Assembly: GCA_047285305.1 (NCBI GenBank)
Contig: JBJBDL010000003.1
Coordinates: forward strand, 224,001 to 288,000
Origin: Synechococcus sp.
GTDB taxonomy: Bacteria > Cyanobacteriota > Cyanobacteriia > PCC-6307 > Cyanobiaceae
Length of the DNA stretch: 64,000 nt
Direction: 5' to 3'
Both the position numbers and the translations under genes were made by a program. Of the stretch, positions 1 to 9,509 are shown in pieces; position 1 is the first letter of the stretch, and each line of letters opens with the position of its first letter. The notes under the pieces are model-generated. The model was given only the letters and a program-made list of their open reading frames with translations. It did no database searches and was not told where the DNA came from.

Positions 1-611
1 AGAATCCGCACTGACTCAGAGACGCTGCAGCGATTTCGCCTTGTCTTGAGATTCTCCCAGTAGCAACCGAAAACAAGACACCTTGCGCAGCTTGATGTTC
101 GCCGTCAAGCTCATGCCCACCTGCAGGGGCAAGGACGATCAACTCTTGAGCGTGAGCTGCTGATCATCCAGCTGAATTGTGACCGAAAACTGAGTTCCCG
201 ACGCTGCTCGTGGGAATAAGGCTCCAGTTCATCGGAACCGATGCGGGTTGCTTTGCCCCTGAGAACTCCGAAGTCACTGGAGGGGAAAGAGTCGATGCTG
301 ATGTCAGCAAACGAACAGGCATCAGCATCGTCTGGGCAACCCTGTGGCACCTGCACGAAACCGATCGTGTTGCTTGGTACCTCCACACTCGCTTCCAGCG
401 AACCAAGCAACACCACCAATGGCTTGAGCAAGTTGACCCGATCGAGCAGGGACAAACCCTCCACGCTGATCCAACGCTTAAAGACCGGAAGCAGGCTTCC
501 TCTTTCCACAGGCTCATAGCAATGGGCGAAAATTAAGTTGAATCGCGCAGGTCATCAGGCTGTCGCAATGCATTTGATTCAGGATCAATGAATCAGAGGA
601 AGGGGAAGGAT

Positions 612-1646
612 ATGGTTCGGCGCGTGCTCATTACCGGAGGTGCGGGCTTCATCGGCAGTCACACCTGCCTTGTGCTACTGGAACAGGGCCATGAACTCGT
701 GGTTCTGGACAACTTTGACAACAGCAGTCCGGAAGCTCTACGGAGGGTGCAGGAGCTGGCGGGTTCAACCCAACTGACCCTGGTGGAGGGGGACGTGCGG
801 GACCCCAGCGCTGTAGATCAGGCCTTCAGCGCCAGCGGAACCGTGGATGGCGTGATTCACTTCGCCGGACTTAAAGCCGTGGGGGAATCGGTCGCCGACC
901 CCCTCCTTTACTGGGATGTGAATGTGAATGGCAGCCGCGTTCTGGCGGCAGCGATGGACCGCCACGACTGCCGAACCCTGGTATTCAGCAGCACATCGAC
1001 CGCCTACGGAGAACCCGAGACGTTCCCACTGCGGGAAGAGATGCCAACGGCGCCGGGGAATCCTTATGCCGAAACCAAGGTTGCTGTAGAGCAGATGTTG
1101 ACGGCCCTTTGCCGCTCGGGCTCCTGGCAGGTGGCCTGCCTGCGCTACTTCAATCCCGTCGGTGCTCACCCAAGCGGGCGGATTGGTGAAGACCCGATGG
1201 GAATTCCCAACAACCTATTCCCCTTCATGACACAGGTGGCTGCAGGCCGACGCGATCGGTTGTTGATTTTCGGGCAGGACTACTCCACACCAGATGGCAC
1301 ATGCATCCGCGATTACCTACATGTGATGGATCTAGCCGAAGCCCATGGCATGGCACTGGAGCACCTGTGGAAAAGAACAGCACCTGATCCATTGACCCTG
1401 AACATTGGGACTGGCCACGGTCTCAGCGTCTTGGAGATGGTGCGTGGATTCGAACAAGCCACAGGAGTAACCATCCCCTTGGAATTTATAGAGCGTCGTC
1501 CTGGCGACGTGCCTCGCTCACTGGCATCCCCTCAGAAAGCGCAAACCGTGCTCGGTTGGAGTGCCCATCGAACTCTTGAAGAGATGTGCCGGGATGGCTG
1601 GGCCTGGCAGCAGGCCAATCCAACGGGGTATCTCCCCAACCCATGA
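612..1646 (+). CDS. galE: UDP-glucose 4-epimerase
   Basis: GGAGFIG Rossmann motif, HFAGLKAVGES, YxxxK (YAETK), LRYFNPVGAH, RDYLHVMDLAEAH. Start placed at ATG 612 after a purine-rich RBS. Confidence 0.93.
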   Translation: MVRRVLITGGAGFIGSHTCLVLLEQGHELVVLDNFDNSSPEALRRVQELAGSTQLTLVEGDVRDPSAVDQAFSASGTVDGVIHFAGLKAVGESVADPLLYWDVNVNGSRVLAAAMDRHDCRTLVFSSTSTAYGEPETFPLREEMPTAPGNPYAETKVAVEQMLTALCRSGSWQVACLRYFNPVGAHPSGRIGEDPMGIPNNLFPFMTQVAAGRRDRLLIFGQDYSTPDGTCIRDYLHVMDLAEAHGMALEHLWKRTAPDPLTLNIGTGHGLSVLEMVRGFEQATGVTIPLEFIERRPGDVPRSLASPQKAQTVLGWSAHRTLEEMCRDGWAWQQANPTGYLPNP

Positions 1647-3670
1647 CTGCAGCTTGTGGGCTGATTTTGGCCGGCGGAGGCCACAGCCATGCGCTTCTGC
1701 TCAAACGCTGGGCGATGAGGCCGGAGAGACGCCCGCCGCAGAACATCACACTGGTAAACCGCAGCAGCACAGCGCTTTATTCCGGCATGGTGCCGGGGTT
1801 AATTGCTGGCGTCTATGAGCGCGACGAGCTCGCCATCGACCTACGCCAGCTCTGTGACCGGGCTGGGGTGGCCTTCGTGGAAGCAGAAATCACTGGTTTG
1901 AGCCCTCAAGCCAAGCTTCTGAGGCTGCGCGATCGACCTGCACTCCACTTCGACTGGCTCAGCCTCAATGTGGGCGCCGTCAGCAGGCCGAGTGCCGCTG
2001 GAATCCCCATCAAGCCTCTGGAGGCCTCGCTCGCCTTTCTCGAAAGCGAAGACCCAGACGATCCGAAACCCCTGCGGGTGATCGGAGCGGGAGCTGCCGG
2101 TCTGGAAGTCGTCTTAGCGCTGCGTCGGCGCTGGCCACAGCGGAAGCTGCAACTGCAACATCGCAACGGACAGCTGGATCGAGGCATCCAGAAGGTGCTT
2201 CAACGGGGCCAAATCGCATTAATCGACGACGACAGTCACTACAGCGGACCAACCCTGCTCTGTACTGGAAGCCAGGGTCCTTCCTGGCTGGCAACGGCCG
2301 GTCTGCCTGTGGATTCCGATGGCCGAATCCGCACCGATCGCTTCTTGCGGGTGGAAGGACATCCATCCCTGTTCGCCAGCGGTGACTGTGCTGTGATCAG
2401 CGCATCACCCCGGCCAGCGTCAGGAGTCTGGGCGGTGCGCGCCGGACTACCTTTGGCCACCAATCTAGAAGCATGCTGCGAAGGCAAAGCCCTGCGCCCT
2501 TGGCAGCCACAACGCCAGGCACTTCAACTGATTGGCAGCCATCAAGATGCCGCTTGGGCGCGTTGGAGCGGCTGGCGACTGGGACCATCTCCCCTGCTCT
2601 GGCGGCTGAAGCAACGCATCGATCGCGCATTCATGGCCGGCTTTCTGCAGCCAGCGGCCATGGCCAGTGCAGCCCCGATGGCTTGCCGGGGTTGCGCCGC
2701 CAAGTTGCCGGCCCAACCCCTGGCCGCAGCCCTAGAGCGAGTGGGGCTTGGGAGGCAACCCGAAGACGCCGCCTTTCTGCCGGGAAGAGAAGAGCTGCTG
2801 CAAAGCATGGATGGCTTTCCAGCCCTGGTTAGTGACCCCTGGCTCAACGGCCGCCTAACTGCCCTGCATGCCTGCTCGGACCTCTGGGCTTGCGGCGCCC
2901 ATGTCTCCAGCGCCATGGCAACGGTCACGTTGCCGATGGTCCCGGCCAGTGAACAGCAGGAGCTGCTAGCGCAGACCCTTGCGGGCATCCGCTCGGTGCT
3001 GGCGGAACAGGGAGCGGAGCTGATCGGTGGCCACACGATGGAATCCCGCAGCGCATCACCGGTACCGGCCAGCCTCGGGGTTCAGATCACCCTCACAGTG
3101 AACGGCAGCAGCCCCAAAACGCCATGGCTGAAAACGGGCCTACGCCCAGGCGATGCCCTGCTGATAAGTCGCCCCCTTGGCACTGGAGTGCTGTTTGCAG
3201 GGGCCATGACCGGCACCACCAAGGCGACTGACCTGGATGCTGCACTGAAAGGCATGGCATGCAGCCAGCACCTGCTGCTTGAACAGATCGAACCAATCCG
3301 CGAAAGCATTCACGCCTGCACCGACATCACCGGGTTCGGCCTACTCGGGCATTTGGGTGAGATGCTCCAGAACAGCCCAGGGCTGACCGTCGAGCTGGAC
3401 GGTTCTGCCATCCCGACCTACTCCGGAGCACTTGAGCTGTTCGAACGCGGTATCTCCAGCACCCTGGCCCCCTCCAACCGAGCCGCCTGGCAATGGCTGG
3501 AGGGCCCGGTTCAGCTGAAACAACATCCTTCAGCATCCTTACTGGAGCTATTGGTGGATCCGCAGACCTGCGGCCCGCTGTTGCTGGCCTGCAGCAGCGA
3601 AACCGCAGCACAGGTCACTCAGAACGGCACGTGGCTCAAGATCGGCAGCGCAACAGCCGCGCATGGGTGA
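1643..3670 (+). CDS. selD: Selenide, water dikinase (SelD) fused to an N-terminal FAD-dependent oxidoreductase domain
   Basis: N-terminal LAGGGHSH, YSGMVPG and GAGAAG FAD motifs; C-terminal CRGCAAK, HACSDLWA, LIGGHT, DITGFGLLGHL, DPQTCGPLL. ATG 1643 overlaps the galE stop (ATGA). Confidence 0.88.
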   Translation: MTAACGLILAGGGHSHALLLKRWAMRPERRPPQNITLVNRSSTALYSGMVPGLIAGVYERDELAIDLRQLCDRAGVAFVEAEITGLSPQAKLLRLRDRPALHFDWLSLNVGAVSRPSAAGIPIKPLEASLAFLESEDPDDPKPLRVIGAGAAGLEVVLALRRRWPQRKLQLQHRNGQLDRGIQKVLQRGQIALIDDDSHYSGPTLLCTGSQGPSWLATAGLPVDSDGRIRTDRFLRVEGHPSLFASGDCAVISASPRPASGVWAVRAGLPLATNLEACCEGKALRPWQPQRQALQLIGSHQDAAWARWSGWRLGPSPLLWRLKQRIDRAFMAGFLQPAAMASAAPMACRGCAAKLPAQPLAAALERVGLGRQPEDAAFLPGREELLQSMDGFPALVSDPWLNGRLTALHACSDLWACGAHVSSAMATVTLPMVPASEQQELLAQTLAGIRSVLAEQGAELIGGHTMESRSASPVPASLGVQITLTVNGSSPKTPWLKTGLRPGDALLISRPLGTGVLFAGAMTGTTKATDLDAALKGMACSQHLLLEQIEPIRESIHACTDITGFGLLGHLGEMLQNSPGLTVELDGSAIPTYSGALELFERGISSTLAPSNRAAWQWLEGPVQLKQHPSASLLELLVDPQTCGPLLLACSSETAAQVTQNGTWLKIGSATAAHG

Positions 3671-3676
3671 GGTCGG

Positions 3677-3956
3677 TTACCTGCGGCGGCCCACTGCTGG
3701 CCAACCAAAGTTGCTGCGGCTGATCCTGACCCTGCAGTCTTGGCTTCCAGATCCCCATTGTCCCCAAGGCGCTAAGGAGAGAAAACCCGCTTCATAGCTG
3801 CCTCCATCCGATAGCTGAGGTTGAACAATCGCGGGCGTGGGCTGACCAAAAGGACTGATCTCGTTCCCGCACCCCCAATACCGGCTCCAAGCTGCTGAAC
3901 GCTGGTCCCCACCAGCAGGCCAACAGCAACACCAGCACAAGCCAGCTGCGTTTCAT
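3677..3956 (-). pseudogene. Probable frameshifted small exported/membrane protein
   Basis: ATG 3956 overlaps the upstream stop (ATGA) and begins a signal-peptide-like MKRSWLVLVLLL. Protein-like sequence continues only in other frames. Confidence 0.3.
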
Positions 3957-5164
3957 CGACTGCGGTCCTGTGCTGCACTGCGCTGCCGACGCAACTCCGC
4001 ACCGATCGCTGGCCCAGGCTGCCATCCCGCGGCGATCAGGTCACCCGCCGTTTGCTGCGCCTGAATCCTGCGCCAGCGGCCCCACCAGCGCAGCAGGCAT
4101 TTCCATTGCGGAGGGCGGAGGGTCACCGCAAGGGCCACCGCCTCCGGCGAGCAACCCTGATGCTCGAGGGCCGACGACCACATCGACGGAGAAGCCTCCA
4201 AGGGAGGAGAAGCATCAACCAACCAGTCGCAAAGGGCTCCGCACTGCTGCAGCCATTGCTGTTGCTTGCCGGGAATCTGCAACCGTTGCGCGACTGCAAC
4301 AGGGTCCGCTGCTCCCAACAGAAGAGCAGGCATCAGGGGAAGGCCCAGCCGTCGGGACCAGCGCAGCCGCTGCGTGCGCCTTGAATCGTTCTGAAGTTGG
4401 GGGTCCAACAACGGCATTGCCTGCCACTCGTCCAACAGGTCCAGCGCCTGCTGCCAGGGTTCCCGTTCCAGCAGCCGCTCCAACTCCATCCGTAGTCGTG
4501 TAGCAAGGGCCGGCGGTGCCGCCATGCCGGGATCTCCCTGACGCCAGCTCCAGGGCCAAATTTGAATGGTGCTGCTGATCTGGGCACGACTCTCCATCGA
4601 GAGTTGGAAACCCAGCCGAGCGGCATAGCGGGCAGCGCGAATCACCCGGGTGGGGTCGTCCTGAACGCTTCCGGCATGCAGAAACCGCAACTGTCCGGCT
4701 GCGAGGTCCTCCTGACCATGGTGGAGATCGATCAGCTCATTGCCCACCAGATCGAGGGCCATGGCATTGACCGTGAAATCGCGGCGCGCAAGGTCAGCCT
4801 GGAGGGTGCCCGCTTGCACCACGGGATTCTCCGCAAGGGCGGGGTAGTGCTCCTGTCGCGCCGTCGCCAGATCGAGGGGAATTCCATCCAGTTGAAACGC
4901 CACCGTGCCGAAGGCCCCATGCTCCTGAACATCGGTGATGCGTTCAGAACCGACCTGGCGAATCAATTCCTCGACAAGCGCAGCGGCATGATCCTCCACC
5001 ACCCAGTCCAGATCGGGCACACCCGACCAGGCTCGACCAAAGCGCTGATGCAGCAGCTGATCGCGCACGACACCACCGACCAACGCCAGACGTGAAATAC
5101 CAAGAGCTTGAGCCGCTCCCTGCAACGCCTCCAGAACAGAAGACGGCACACCTAGAAGATCCAT
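3953..5164 (-). CDS. cca: Class II tRNA nucleotidyltransferase (likely A-adding type)
   Basis: LVGGVVRD, DLDW, ARQEHY, DLARRDFTVNAMA and DDPTRVIRAARY motifs. Confidence 0.88.
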   Translation of the reverse strand: MDLLGVPSSVLEALQGAAQALGISRLALVGGVVRDQLLHQRFGRAWSGVPDLDWVVEDHAAALVEELIRQVGSERITDVQEHGAFGTVAFQLDGIPLDLATARQEHYPALAENPVVQAGTLQADLARRDFTVNAMALDLVGNELIDLHHGQEDLAAGQLRFLHAGSVQDDPTRVIRAARYAARLGFQLSMESRAQISSTIQIWPWSWRQGDPGMAAPPALATRLRMELERLLEREPWQQALDLLDEWQAMPLLDPQLQNDSRRTQRLRWSRRLGLPLMPALLLGAADPVAVAQRLQIPGKQQQWLQQCGALCDWLVDASPPLEASPSMWSSALEHQGCSPEAVALAVTLRPPQWKCLLRWWGRWRRIQAQQTAGDLIAAGWQPGPAIGAELRRQRSAAQDRSR

Positions 5165-5203
5165 TGGTGGGCGTGCAGGAGAATGGTCTGATCATCACGG
5201 ATT

Positions 5204-6196
5204 TTGTTCTTGTCCGCTCTCACCCGCTGCCTTCAGGAGGAAGCCTCAGCGATCGCCACTGCTGCCGAACGCCTGAGCAGCGACCAGGTGGAAGCGGCCC
5301 TCGCTCTGCTGGAGCGATGTGCCGATCGCAAGGCCAAGCTGGTGATCACGGGTGTGGGCAAGAGCGGCATCGTGGCCCGCAAGATCGCGGCCACCTTTTC
5401 CTCGATCGGGCTGATGGCTCTGTTCCTCAATCCCACCGACGCACTCCATGGAGATCTGGGGGTTGTGGCCGCCGAGGACGTCTGCCTTCTGCTGTCCAAC
5501 AGCGGTGAAACAACCGAACTGTTGGAGGTGCTGCCCCACCTGACGCGCCGTGGAACGGGGCGGATCGCCATCGTTGGACGGGCTGACTCCTCCCTGGCCC
5601 GAGGCAGTGACGTGGTGCTTGAAGCCGGTGTGGACCGTGAAGTGTGTCCCCTGAACCTGGCGCCCACCGCCAGCACCGCTGTGGCCATGGCCATTGGCGA
5701 CGCCCTAGCCGCGGTTTGGATGGAACGGCGCGGCATCTCGCCGGCGGATTTCGCCCTGAATCACCCCGCCGGCTCGCTGGGCAAACAGCTGACCCTCACG
5801 GCCGCCGACTTGATGGTGCCCGCCAGCCAACTGCACCCCCTACAGCCCAACACCCCCTTGCCCGAGGTGATCGGCGGGCTGACGCGCGACGGCATCGGCA
5901 GTGGTTGGGTTGAAAACCCGGACAGCCCAGGAAGCCTGCTCGGCATCCTCACGGATGGTGATCTACGCCGCGCCCTGCAGGATCACGGGGCTGAAACCTG
6001 GAGCGAGCTGACGGCAAAGGATTTGATGACCGCTGATCCGATCACGGTGAATGCCGAAGTTTTGGTTGTGAAGGCCCTGGAGCAGATGGAACACAACCGG
6101 CGAAAACCCATCTCGGTGCTCCCCGTGGTGAATCAAGAGCACCAACTGATGGGTCTACTGCGCCTGCATGATCTGGTTCAGGCCGGACTCGCATGA
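5204..6196 (+). CDS. kdsD: Arabinose-5-phosphate isomerase (KpsF/GutQ, SIS + CBS domains)
   Basis: GVGKSGIVARKIAATFSS, ALHGDLG, SNSGET, NLAPTAST, HPAGSLG and C-terminal CBS pair. Confidence 0.93.
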   Translation: MFLSALTRCLQEEASAIATAAERLSSDQVEAALALLERCADRKAKLVITGVGKSGIVARKIAATFSSIGLMALFLNPTDALHGDLGVVAAEDVCLLLSNSGETTELLEVLPHLTRRGTGRIAIVGRADSSLARGSDVVLEAGVDREVCPLNLAPTASTAVAMAIGDALAAVWMERRGISPADFALNHPAGSLGKQLTLTAADLMVPASQLHPLQPNTPLPEVIGGLTRDGIGSGWVENPDSPGSLLGILTDGDLRRALQDHGAETWSELTAKDLMTADPITVNAEVLVVKALEQMEHNRRKPISVLPVVNQEHQLMGLLRLHDLVQAGLA

Positions 6197-6744
6197 AGGC
6201 ACTGCGTTGGTGGTTGCTGCGGCGCCAGCTGGGATCCATTCAGCTGCTCGTGCTTGATGTGGATGGAGTGCTCACCGATGGGGGCCTCTGGTTCGATGCC
6301 GAGGGGCAGCTGAGCAAGCGCTTCGATGTGCGCGATGGGCTTGGGATCCGCTTGCTGCAACAGGCGGGGATTGAAATCGCCTTCCTCAGCGGTGGCCAGG
6401 GAGGAGCGACGGAGGTGCGTGCACGGCAACTGGGCATCAACCATTGCCTCGTGGGCATCAAAGACAAGCCGGCCGCCCTCACGGGCCTTCAGAACCACGT
6501 AGGGGTGAGCGTCGAGCAGACCGCCTTCGTGGGAGACGACCTCAACGATCTGGCCGTTCGGCCGGTGATTGGTCTGCTGTTCGCCCCCGCCGACGCCTGT
6601 CAGCCCGTCCGACGCGGTGCCGATGCTGTGCTTCGCCGGCATGGTGGCCATGGAGCCATCCGCGAGCTGGCGGAGAGAATCCTTAAGGCGCGTGGACGCT
6701 GGGGACGACTGAGTCGCGACGGCTGGAAGGACCGCAACGACTGA
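6193..6744 (+). CDS. kdsC: KDO-8-phosphate phosphatase (HAD family)
   Basis: LDVDGVLTDG, FDVRDG, VGDDLND, GGHGAIRE. Confidence 0.92.
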   Translation: MKALRWWLLRRQLGSIQLLVLDVDGVLTDGGLWFDAEGQLSKRFDVRDGLGIRLLQQAGIEIAFLSGGQGGATEVRARQLGINHCLVGIKDKPAALTGLQNHVGVSVEQTAFVGDDLNDLAVRPVIGLLFAPADACQPVRRGADAVLRRHGGHGAIRELAERILKARGRWGRLSRDGWKDRND

Positions 6745-6746
6745 GA

Positions 6747-7529
6747 TCAGGCCATTGCCCGGGCCTGTTCCAACTGCTCAGCAGTGTCCACCGACAGCGA
6801 GGTGCCCTGCACCGGGAAGGTGGCGATGGTGAGGCCCGCTTCGATCAGCCGCAGCTGCTCGAGCCGTTCCAGATCTTCCAGCGGGGAGGCCGGCAACTGA
6901 TCCCAGCCAGCGAGCACGTCTCCCCGGAAGCCATACATGCCCACATGACCCCAGTAGATGGTGTGCTGATGCCATTCCGCCTCAGCCACATCACGCACAT
7001 GGGGAATGGCGGATCGAGAGAAGTACAAGGCGCGGCCGTCGTGGGCCAGCAGGGTCTTCACCACATTGGGGTTATGCACCGATTCGGGCTTGAGCCCATA
7101 AACGGGGGTGACCACAGCGGGCACCGGGTCCCGGCTCTGGAACTCCTCGGCCATGGCATCGATCACAGCAGGATCGATGAACGGTTGATCGCCTTGCACG
7201 TTGATGACGGCAGTTTCTTCGGCAACGGGATCCGCGTCCCCCCAGGCCAGGGCCATGAGGGATGGGGCGACCGATGCGATGCGCTCACTGCCGGAGGTGC
7301 ACGACTCCGCTGTCATCAACACCGGAAAGCCCCAGCCCTCTGCCTTGGCCTTTAACTCGGCGCTGTCGGTGCACAGCACAACCGCTTCAACGCTGCGGGA
7401 CTGACGGCACCGTTCGAGAACACGCTGGATCATCGGTTGGCCGCCGATGTCCGCCAGGACTTTGTTGGGCAATCGGGAGGACTGCAACCGGGCCGGAACT
7501 GCCACCACACACTTACGAATCGCCATCAA
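6747..7529 (-). CDS. kdsB: CMP-KDO synthetase (3-deoxy-manno-octulosonate cytidylyltransferase)
   Basis: PARLQSSRLPNKVL, SGSERI, NVQGDQP, ALYFSRSAIP, LEQLRL, SVDT. Confidence 0.93.
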   Translation of the reverse strand: MMAIRKCVVAVPARLQSSRLPNKVLADIGGQPMIQRVLERCRQSRSVEAVVLCTDSAELKAKAEGWGFPVLMTAESCTSGSERIASVAPSLMALAWGDADPVAEETAVINVQGDQPFIDPAVIDAMAEEFQSRDPVPAVVTPVYGLKPESVHNPNVVKTLLAHDGRALYFSRSAIPHVRDVAEAEWHQHTIYWGHVGMYGFRGDVLAGWDQLPASPLEDLERLEQLRLIEAGLTIATFPVQGTSLSVDTAEQLEQARAMA

Positions 7530-8233
7530 TCCCAGAGCTTCATTGCATCGTCACGAGCGCTGAACCATTCAGCAGCCAAGGCACCACCCATCGTGCGCTG
7601 TTCGCGGAACCAGGGGCCACCGAGGGTCCAATGCAGCATTGGAGAAGCCTGCTCCGACTCCGGAGTAGCCTGCACATCCACCAGATGATTCCATCCCCCC
7701 TCGATGGCGCCGATCTCGTGGTCACCCTCCAGCCAGTGGAAGCGGTGCAACTCCAGCCCTGAGGCCGTGTTCACGTAGTCGGGCGTGAGTCTTGTGCAGC
7801 GGCTGCAGTTGAGCAGCATCAAGGAACTCCAATTCTTTTTCGGGTAGGCGCTCTGTACCTCACCGAGGAATTTCACGGTCTCCCCAGGCACATGCACGTG
7901 CTGCACACACATGGCTCCATAGGTTTCATCGCGCTGATCCCAGAGCTCTTTGATGTCTGCTCTGCAGAGCATGTCGCAGTCCATGAACAGGGCCCAGCCC
8001 TGGTACCCCATCAGGTAAGGCACCAGAAAACGGGTAAAAGAAAACGCAGTGCTTTGTTTGGGGTCCCATTCGCGGCTAAACAAACCCTGTGCCTCCAGCT
8101 GAGGCGTCACCAGCGGCGTGATTGCCAAGGGCACACTGCTGTGCTGGTACAAACTGTCTATCAGAACATTGGTAGCAGCCCGCTCCCTTGGGTCGTAGCC
8201 GATGAAAATTGGCAGCGGCGCCACGCACGCCAT
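7526..8233 (-). CDS. Glycosyltransferase (GT8-like, GT-A fold)
   Basis: IFIGYDPRE, STAFSFTRFLVP, FMDCDM (DxD), KNWSSLML, HWTLGGPW. Confidence 0.75.
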   Translation of the reverse strand: MACVAPLPIFIGYDPRERAATNVLIDSLYQHSSVPLAITPLVTPQLEAQGLFSREWDPKQSTAFSFTRFLVPYLMGYQGWALFMDCDMLCRADIKELWDQRDETYGAMCVQHVHVPGETVKFLGEVQSAYPKKNWSSLMLLNCSRCTRLTPDYVNTASGLELHRFHWLEGDHEIGAIEGGWNHLVDVQATPESEQASPMLHWTLGGPWFREQRTMGGALAAEWFSARDDAMKLWD

Positions 8234-8289
8234 TCGAATTTATCCAGAACAATTCTAGATTTTAAGCGAAGATGTCGACGCGGCCGAGA

Positions 8290-9174
<885 letters not shown>

Positions 9175-9509
9175 CTACGTACTTGAATCGATGTTTTCCT
9201 GCTTGCCGCGGGAAGACCTACGCCGGGAGACACCTGCATTAACACGCTTCTTAAGAAATACAAGTATCACTCGGCCCGAGCAAAGGAAGATCAAAATGTG
9301 CTCTAGCCTGGGGGAACAAGGTTGCTACTACGAACCACTTTGAGGTGTGCGTGACACCAAAGTTACCTTGAGGGTATGAGCAACTAGAGTGCATTATTGC
9401 AGCTGATCAATTCGACGTGACACGATAAAATAATTAATTATATCAAGGGTCATCTGTGTAAATCAATCATCGGCCTTTGTGCAGGGTTGACTTATTGAAC
9501 TCAACCATC

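Noticed and set aside
1..587. Overlapping short ORFs upstream of galE (111-509, 164-517, 210-536, 241-519)
   Set aside because: No recognisable motif in any frame. It may be a decayed gene, but no product can be supported.
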